The notes beneath the pieces are model-generated. The model saw nothing but the letters and a program-made list of their open reading frames with translations, had not been told where the DNA came from and did no database searches. The translations under genes were made by a program, and so were the position numbers. 64,000 bases of DNA from Octopus vulgaris. Taxonomy: Eukaryota. The stretch covers positions 67,828,001-67,892,000 of the forward strand of contig OX597819.1 of the NCBI GenBank assembly GCA_951406725.2. Direction: 5' to 3'. Each line of letters starts with the position of its first letter. Position 1 is the first letter of the stretch. Positions 55,641 to 64,000 of the stretch are shown piece after piece.

Positions 55641-56449
55641 GTATATACATATATATATATATATATCTACATATATGTATATAGATATATACATATGTAT
55701 ATATATGTATATACATATATATATATATGCATCTATATACATATATATATGTGTGTGTGCGTGTGTGTATGTGTGTGTGCGCGCGTATGCGTGTGTGAGT
55801 GTGTATTCAACGAGTACGCCTATGAAAGTTGAGATAATCACTTTTTGCGCATAACAAGAGAGTCGTTTTATTAGCATTCTTCACACCTTCAATATCGGGC
55901 GCAAAATCTTACGTACGCACCAATACACAGCAAAGAATTTATGTTTGTTTTATTGTATCTTGATGTTAGTGATATTATAATTCTTTTCTGAATCTGTTCA
56001 TGGAATAATAATGCCTCTTTTTATCTCTCTATTTCAATTTCTACTTCTATATCTTGCTTCCTACACATAAACACACACATACTTACCTACACATACATAC
56101 ATACATAGCTTAATCTTTCTTTAGGAATTTACTCTCGTCTAGTCTTATGTATTGCAATCGAACTCTGTTACTTTTATCTGCCTACCTGTATATTGTATTC
56201 GTCAGCCACCCATATATTGCTCCCATGAGCACACAGTGGCTCACATAATCTTAAGGTCACCTACAGATACATAAACACAGTCTCTGTCCCCCACCCTACC
56301 CTCCACTCCGCCTCACAAACACATCATATAACATTATCACATACACACATGGACTTGTGCACTTCAGTTCCGCCGGGCCACTTTTGTTTCCCCTTCAATC
56401 GGCCTATTCCGGTCATATCATCATGCGGAACCATTAATCCTGACACAGT

Positions 56450-56515
<66 letters not shown>

Positions 56516-56699
56516 CTATCTCTCTCGCTCTCTCCATTTTGGGATCTCACCACTTTCCTCTCAAAGAGCATAGGCTCGAAACATCAAAGGCTTGTCCATT
56601 ATTCTCGGGCATCAAACTGAAACTGATACATCTGATTGTTGTTCTCTCACTGTCTTTGTCTTTTGTTTTCCGTACGTATGGGCCATATACATATATGTA

Positions 56700-56756
<57 letters not shown>

Positions 56757-56990
56757 GTGTGTCTATGTGAGTATGTATATATGTATGGATAATCCAAATA
56801 ATAAGACAAAGAAATTATTTAACCATTCGTTAATGGTTCGTTACAATTCTTTACTTACAACGAGAATTTGCAAAATATTTCGAAGTGAAAATTTATATAA
56901 TGTTTGTGGTTTTAGACATTAGAGAGGCACATCATCAGACTTTCATCAAAGGTGTACTCTTACTCTGTCCGACCTGCAGACATTGTTTTT

Positions 56991-57175
56991 TAGCTTATAT
57001 CGGGAGGAAACGCAATATGAATAAAAGTGTGGCTATGGGATGAGAAAGAAGGCTAGTGAACTTGTGGTGGTGGAGGTGGGGAGAAATACAGATGCATACG
57101 AAGAAGAAGATCGCTATCATGCTTACTAATCCCATAACCACACGTTTATTCCGTGTTTTCTCCCGATATAAGCTA
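56991..57175. mobile_element. MITE-like element with ~55-bp TIRs
   Basis: TAGCTTATATCGGGAG...GTGTGGCTATGGGAT is inverted at ATCCCATAACCACAC...CTCCCGATATAAGCTA. Confidence 0.7.
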
Positions 57176-58406
57176 GAGGGTTAAAAATGGAACAAGCTGT
57201 CACGGACTCCTTCACTGTTAGAAGGTGGAATGATCTTACTGTCGCCTCAAGTGCCACAAGACGTAATGAGAGTCGAATGAATGGATTTATATATATCCAT
57301 CACTTTTCTTTGAGGAGTCTTTCTGTGTTATCTTAGTTTAAAAAAAAAAACGAAAATAAAATATTTAAAAGAAAATTTTTAATTCTGCATTCTTGAATAA
57401 ATGCTGCTCGTACCAATTTAAACATATTATGTTATTGGCACAGTTCAGGAAGAAGCATAGCATTAACATCCCGTAATTTTTTTTTTTTTTTTTCATTTTG
57501 AACTTCATCGAAGATTTTTTTCTTTTCCACACATTTTTATTCTACTGACTCTATGACATATTAGCTCTATTGCATACATTTAATTTTAGTTTTTTAAAAT
57601 CTAATTTTAAAATACTTCAATTATGAGGTATTGTACATTTTTTAATATACGTAATAAAATGCCGATATTACAAACACGTCGATTGTTTTTCTCTCATAAT
57701 TTCAAATTAATTTTTGTCATCGATATTTTAAAATTTGAACAAGACTTCACCCGTACGCATAGTCAAATTGATGACTGTTTTCAAATCATATACACGCATC
57801 TTTGTGTATGCGAAATCTTGTTTAACTAAACTTCGATTTCAAACATTAATTTGCAATATTTAGAATAAAACAAATGACCTTTTAAATGTCCATATTTAAA
57901 ACATAGATTTAAAACTATGCAAACAAATCTTAAATTTAAGGATTTTTCGGAGGGATTTAAGCACATTTCTTTATTTTTTTTTCGTAAAATTTGTAGTGGA
58001 ACAAAAAAAATGAAAAGACGTTTTGAAAAAGATCAAGAAACAAAATTACGGTGGAAATATATGATGTGCGTCTAACTGAACTGTGGAACTTTATTTTAAA
58101 GATTTCGCTCATTAGATTGTAGCCATAATTGGAAACTGCCTTGACGGTGTTTGATCCGCACCATATTTTCTCAATGTTATTTACCTAAGTTGCAGGACCC
58201 AAATAAATGCGGACACGAATGTAATCACAGAGTAAACTACGTTCATGCGTTGCAGCTCTCAAGCGTCAGGACTGAGTCCCCTGTGGTCCTTACGTTAAGT
58301 ACGTTTGAACCCATGTTCTAAACGATACGTGTTTGTTTATATCTATTATTGAAACTCGAGTCGAGGGATAAACTCTTTGCTTTAGCTGAATCTTTTTCAA
58401 TAAAAC

Positions 58407-58529
<123 letters not shown>

Positions 58530-58623
58530 AGTCTATCTATCTATGTATCTATCTGTTTGTCGGTCTATATATATATATATATATATAAAGTTAATCCAAA
58601 CAAGAAAGCACAAATATATATAT

Positions 58624-58657
<34 letters not shown>

Positions 58658-58729
58658 GTATGTCAGTATTTATGTATGTATGTATGTATAAATATATAAC
58701 TTAGATTATCGGCCCAAGCCACGACTAAC

Positions 58730-59257
58730 TCATAGCACCTCCTGGAAAAGTCTTTTAGCTAATTATTTCAGGATAACATGGGAAAGAGCAGAACCACTTG
58801 CAGCGAATATATTGCGCCGCAATGTTCTTATGTGGTGTGATCCTGGCCTTTGTAGGAGACGCATTGCACGGTGTCCTATTCTTGGGTGAATTATAAACAT
58901 AATACCGATATCATTTGTATAATACTAGTGGAATCTTTTGCACATTGTGCAAATAATATATCGCTCTCGGTGGCCGTGCAAAGAATAGAGCTTCAGCTGT
59001 TTAACTCAAGCTCAATAATCAAGTCCCATCACGCCATTCTAGTGATTGATCCTTGTGGCGATTCGATCCTCATTATGTCTTGTGTTTTAGAGGGGGGACC
59101 ACAATGGGCAGCACTATACGAGATGGGGCCTAGCGAATTAGGAGAAGAGAAGGATAATGGTTTCATGATCCCTAGATTGAAAAGTTCTGCAGGCAACATC
59201 GACTTTTTTGTTGATGTGTACACTCTAGCTAATGTTGCTGTCGACAGTTACACCTAA
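58730..59257 (-). mobile_element. CR1/L2-type LINE, RT C-terminal relic
   Basis: LGVTVDSNI..VHIN, SRDHETIILLF, ARPHL, CCPLWSP, DIMRIESPQ..ITR, QLKLYSL...RERY. Confidence 0.8.
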
Positions 59258-59547
59258 GTCTCTGATGTGTCCATATATTTATCTAACTATCTATCTATCT
59301 ATATATGTGTGTGTGTGTATGTGTGTGTGTTTGCGTGCGTATGTGTGTGCATAGATAGATAGGTAGATAGATAGAAAAACATATAGTGAGAGAGACAGGG
59401 AGAGATAGATACACGTGCACGCGCATAATATATAGTCGCAAACCTATATATAACTATCTATATTTATCTGTGTCTGTGCGTGAGTGTGCGTGTTTACGTG
59501 TGTGTCTTTTGTGTGTCTGTAGTGTGCACGCGCGCGCGTGTGTGTGT

Positions 59548-59588
<41 letters not shown>

Positions 59589-60758
59589 TATGTATGCATT
59601 GTCACACACAAATATACATTTATTCAGATATCTTCATTAACAATTATGGAAATGTTCCCAAATAATCTGCGTTTATTCACCGTAAAAATATAAGTGCGAC
59701 ACTTCATACGCTCTCGCACAAACATTCACCAATGCGCGGGGACCTTCCCACAATGTGAGTACGTCTATCGGTCTGTATATATATGTGGTGTGTATGTGTG
59801 TATGTGTGTATGGGTGTATATTTATATATGTAGATGTATATATATATGTAAGTTTATATATGTATATGCATGTATATATGTATGTATACGTATATGTGTG
59901 TACGTGTATATATATATATGTATGTATATGTAAATATATGAATATATATATATTAAATATATATATATATATATATAAAAGGTATGTTTATATATGTATG
60001 CATATGCATGTATATATGTATGTGTATGCATGCATGTATGTGCGTATGTATGTGTATGTATGCACTTGTGTGTGTATATATGCACCTGTGTGTGTGTGTG
60101 TGTGTGTGAGTGTGTGTTAACATAGATAATTCGATTTCTTGGAGATATTCATGGGACATTGAGTTGTGTAAATGTCGAATATCATTTTAGGTTAACTCCT
60201 TCGACAACAAGACTTCGATCGTGTCTAGCGATTTTCACATCATTAAACAGTTACCATCTTTCATTTGAATTGTATCGCATTGATGAAAATACCAAAGTCA
60301 GTTTATTGAAGCGATAGCGAATGTTTGAATTTCTGGTTGGGTTCCAAGTTGTTTTTCCTTACAAAATTTCTAGATATTTCGCCTCATTAGAATGGCTAAA
60401 AGAAAAAAAAATTAATGATGTAACAAGTGTTAAGAGTAGAGAGATATATATTTGTAAGCATTAATATATAAATATAAATATATTCAATTTTTATTTTTGT
60501 CAAACGATGCACGTATGCAGACTCAGGCATAGATCCATATAACGCGATAACTCACAGTGTCATATACGTAAAGACACACGCTCAAATTCGTATGAATATA
60601 CGCACATACACACACACACATACACACACATATATATATAAAGGTATGTATATATATGTATATATATATACAGTACTATATTTAAGAGATAAGGAATTAT
60701 GTTCATTATCTACATTATTTACATTTGAAGGATATTTGTCCTCATCTTCTTTGTTGTT

Positions 60759-60804
60759 AACACAACGTTTCAGCTGATATACTCTCTAGCCTTCATCAGA
60801 TGTT
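60759..60804 (-). ncRNA. Minimal type I hammerhead ribozyme
   Basis: AACAT-CTGATGA-a-GGCT agagagtatatc AGCT-GAAA-CG-TT-GTGTT. Confidence 0.7.
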
Positions 60805-60859
60805 TTTGGGAAATTTCGAACCTGGGTTCTCAATCCTAAGGTATATGCTCACGGACATA

Positions 60860-60914
60860 TGGCGTAGTGGTTAAGATCGCGGGCTACTAATCCTAAGATT
60901 CCGAGTTCGATTCC
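60860..60914 (+). promoter_or_regulatory. RNA Pol III type-2 internal promoter (A and B boxes)
   Basis: A-box TGGCGTAGTGG at 60860-60870 and B-box GAGTTCGATTCC at 60903-60914, with tRNA-like spacing. Confidence 0.8.
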
Positions 60915-60988
60915 AGGCAGTGACATTAATAATAATAATAATAATAATAATGATAATAATAATAATAACGATAATGATAATGATAACG

Positions 60989-61079
<91 letters not shown>

Positions 61080-61164
61080 TGATGATGATGATGATGATGA
61101 TGATAACAACAACAACATCGAAATATACCTTAGGAATAAGAACCCAGGTTCGATATTTCCCCAA

Positions 61165-61210
61165 GACACCTGATGAAAGCTGATGAGTATATCAGCCGAA
61201 ATGTCGTGTT
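61165..61210 (+). ncRNA. Minimal type I hammerhead ribozyme
   Basis: GACAC-CTGATGA-aa-GCTGAT gagtat ATCAGC-c-GAAA-TG-TC-GTGTT. GUC cleavage triplet at 61203-61205. Confidence 0.75.
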
Positions 61211-61267
61211 AACAACAAACAAGATGAGGACAAATATCGGTCAAATGTATGTATATAAATATTCAAA

Positions 61268-61995
61268 GGCTGCGAGCTGGCAGAATCGTTAGCACGTTCT
61301 GAGTTCAAATTCCACTGAGGTCGACTTTGCCTTTCATATTTTCGGGGTCTATTAAATAAGTACCAGTTACGCACTGGAGACGATATAATCGAATTAATCC
61401 GTTTGTCTGTGCTTGTTTGTTCCTTCTGTATTTAGACCTTTGTGGGTAGTAAAGAAATAGGCATTTCGTCTGCCGTTACGTTCTGAGTTCAAATTCCGCC
61501 GAGGTCGACTTTGCCTTTCATCCTTTCGGGGTCGATAATTTAAAGACCAGTTACGCACTGGAGTCGATCTAATCGACTTAATCCGTTTGTCTGTCCTTGT
61601 TTGTCTTCTCTGTGTTTAGCCCCTTGTGCGTAGTAAAGAAATAGGTATTTCGTCTTTTGCTACGTTCTGAGTTCAAATTCCGCCGAGGTCGACTTTGCGT
61701 TTCATTCTTTCGGGGTCGATTAAATAAGTACCAGTTAAGCACTGGGGTCGATATAATCGACTTAATCCGTTTGTCTGTCTGTGTTTGCCCCCTCTGTGTG
61801 TAGCCCCTTGTGGTTAGTAAACAAATAGGTATTTCGTCTGTCTTTACGCTGTGAGTTCAAATTCCGTCGACGTCGACCTTGCCTTTTATCCTTTCGGGGT
61901 CGATAAATTAAGTACCATTTGCGTTACTGAAGTCGATCATATCGACTGGCCCCCTCTCCTAAAATTTCGGGCCTTGTGCCTAGCGTAGAAATGAT
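61268..61995 (+). mobile_element. Family C SINE, tetramer (184-bp period)
   Basis: GAGTTCAAATTCC at 61301, 61485, 61669 and 61853. One head and one tail. A decayed minus copy follows at ~62070-62235. Confidence 0.9.
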
Positions 61996-62711
61996 TATAT
62001 GTTCTCTAGATGATGGAAAGACACCGTAATGAACACAGTCTAATTTACTTATTTTTACTTGATACTACCAATAGCATCGACCCCAGGGCTGAATTGGTAC
62101 TTAACTTCATCAAACCTGAAAGGAATGAAAAGCAAAGCCGACCTCTTTCAAATTTCAACTGAGAACGCAAAGCAAAAAGAAATGCTACGTAGCGTTTTGC
62201 CCGACGTCGTAGCGATTCTCCCAGCTCACCGTCTTATGGAAACATCTAACATTAATTAACACATGTTTATATCAAATATCTAAAATATTTATTAGGCTTG
62301 CGTCAGTAGACTAACAAATAATGTTAGTCAAAGAATAACATTTTTGAAGCTTTCACAATTACAACGAAGAGGACGCACGAGTTTCGCCTATATAATTAAA
62401 TTAAGATAATCAAATATGTTAGCTAAAGTCATTGTATCTATTGAGATGCCAAAAGAGGACACTCGTGTAATTTATGTATGCATATGCATTTATAAGTTGT
62501 AAGATGCAGATGAGATACTAATGGAAACTCTATTACATAAATGAGGCTTATATCTTTTTTTCTTTCTTATCAAGGAAAATGAATTGAATTTGGACACAAA
62601 CTAGCAAATGCAAATTGAATGATCGAAAATTATACAGTAAGTTAGATAAAAGAAACGTTGTTTTGACTATTCTCATATAATCATTACCTAATCATTATTC
62701 ATTACTTAAGG

Positions 62712-63207
62712 CAGTGGTTCCCAACCTTTTCATACTGGTGCCCAGCTCTTTCATTAAAATGAGTTTTCCCACGGCCCCCTTTTAATATGCTTATCCTTAT
62801 GTGTGTGTGTATATACATACATACGTACATACATATATATATACATATATACGACCCTTTAGAATTGGAATTTTTGAAAAGTAAAAATTTTGCATCAGGT
62901 AGCTTGTTATTCTCTTGAAGTGAACATTTTTCTTGTTGAAATACACTGTAAAATAGCGACATATCGTTCCAAAAATCGTACAAAATAGGGATTTTCATAG
63001 AAAAAAAGCACCTTTATGATGTAAATAATATTGGGTCTTAACATGATCCGATTTGAATTATTTTTTCTACAAAATGAAGGGCAAGCCTTCTTCTATCATA
63101 CTACCAATTTTGGTCAACTTGCGCCGCAGGGTCTCGGAGGAGATAGTGTTAGTTGAAGGCTACCAAACCTGCCATACACAGACAACTTCAGTTTTATATA
63201 TATGCAT

Positions 63208-63255
<48 letters not shown>

Positions 63256-63278
63256 ACATACATACATACATACATACA

Positions 63279-63309
<31 letters not shown>

Positions 63310-63930
63310 CGTGCTGTTTTAGTCATAAGATGACGCCATCCCATTGGCCAGGCTGACAGGCCAGCATTTTGTTGGATGGCTGTTGAATGTTCAAAAGTTC
63401 GTCCACCCTTTCATGGTTCTTATTTTTCACCCCACGGGATGTCCAACAGCACCCTCTTCACCAAGGAAGCCAGGTTGGGTTGTTAGTTTAGTCGCCGACG
63501 ACCCGACCATGCAACAGGTTTTACTGGATTAAATGTTACCAGTAGCACTCTAAAGGTGACCTTAACAAGATACCTTACATGCTGGAAAGAGCAGTTAAAA
63601 GTCAAACCACGAATAAGAGCAATTTCAAAGGGAATGAAAAATAAAAACATTTTACCAGTTACCCCTATACCTGACATTCAACATCAATGTGCAATAAAAT
63701 AATTTACCATCCTCTTTTGTGTATAAAAACCTACACTACTTTATATGAAAAATATTGTCTGTTGACTTAATTACGCATGCTCGCCACCGGTAGAATATTT
63801 CTCTGAATTTTCTACCTTTATTATATTCATAGTCTATATGTATATATGAAATTTTGAATTTAGTTCAGGACACCCATGACTACATTTGCGGACCATCAGG
63901 GGTCCGCGGACCCCAGGTTGAGAATCATTG
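62712..63930. mobile_element. hAT (Charlie-like) non-autonomous element
   Basis: TIRs CAGTGGTTCCCAACC and GGTTGAGAATCATTG. 8-bp TSD ACTTAAGG (62704-62711) and AGTTAAGG (63931-63938), 7/8 identical. Confidence 0.85.
63308..63532 (-). mobile_element. Short GC-richer retroposon with an (ATGT)n tail nested in the hAT element (possibly RTE-derived)
   Basis: A distinct ~225-bp block whose minus-strand 3' end runs into (ATGT)n. The family assignment is from recall only. Confidence 0.45.
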
Positions 63931-64000
63931 AGTTAAGGATTTGTACAGTGGACAGAGTATAGAGCTTAAAAACGATGACAAATTTACAAAAAAAAAATGG

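Larger units (their letters stand above)
60670..61249. mobile_element. tRNA-headed SINE-like element with an HHR-bearing tail, plus an upstream inverted tail copy
   Basis: Inverted repeat 60720-60846 versus 61123-61249. Between the arms lie Pol III A and B boxes and an (AAT/GAT)n tract. Each arm has an HHR motif. Confidence 0.85.

Noticed and set aside
60853-60925. Functional tRNA gene (apparent ACT anticodon)
   Set aside because: The acceptor stem does not pair, there is no oligo-T terminator, and it is embedded in a repeat. Treated as a SINE head.
61268-61995. 184-bp periodic array as CRISPR or satellite DNA
   Set aside because: The whole unit repeats with no variable spacers, and it is bracketed by one SINE head and one tail.
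63400-63510. HDV-like ribozyme in the RTE-like short element
   Set aside because: A P4-like hairpin is visible, but P1, P3 and P1.1 could not be assembled by eye.

Overview
AT-rich eukaryotic DNA, saturated with microsatellites and consisting almost entirely of transposable-element debris. No host protein-coding gene can be firmly called. The repeat families look like those of a coleoid cephalopod (Octopus-like); this is an inference from recall, not a database match. Contents: two Penelope-like (PLE) retroelements with RT and GIY-YIG domains; several R4/Dong-type REL-endonuclease LINE fragments sitting in (AAT)n arrays; CR1-type and Hero/NeSL-type LINE relics; a Tc1 and several mariner transposons; hAT, Tigger-like and Merlin relics; and at least four tRNA-derived SINE families. 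The most notable signal is a set of short ORF-less PLE-type elements embedded in (TA)n. They form direct or divergent inverted repeats, and several carry minimal hammerhead-ribozyme (HHR) motifs. One joins a Pol III tRNA-like head to an HHR-bearing tail (60670-61249). A separate ~560-bp non-coding retroposon is found only in (AAT)n, and one copy carries an 11-copy concatemer of its terminal 21 nt. One SINE family forms exact 184-bp multimers at three separate loci. Most long ORFs in the provided track are microsatellite artefacts.
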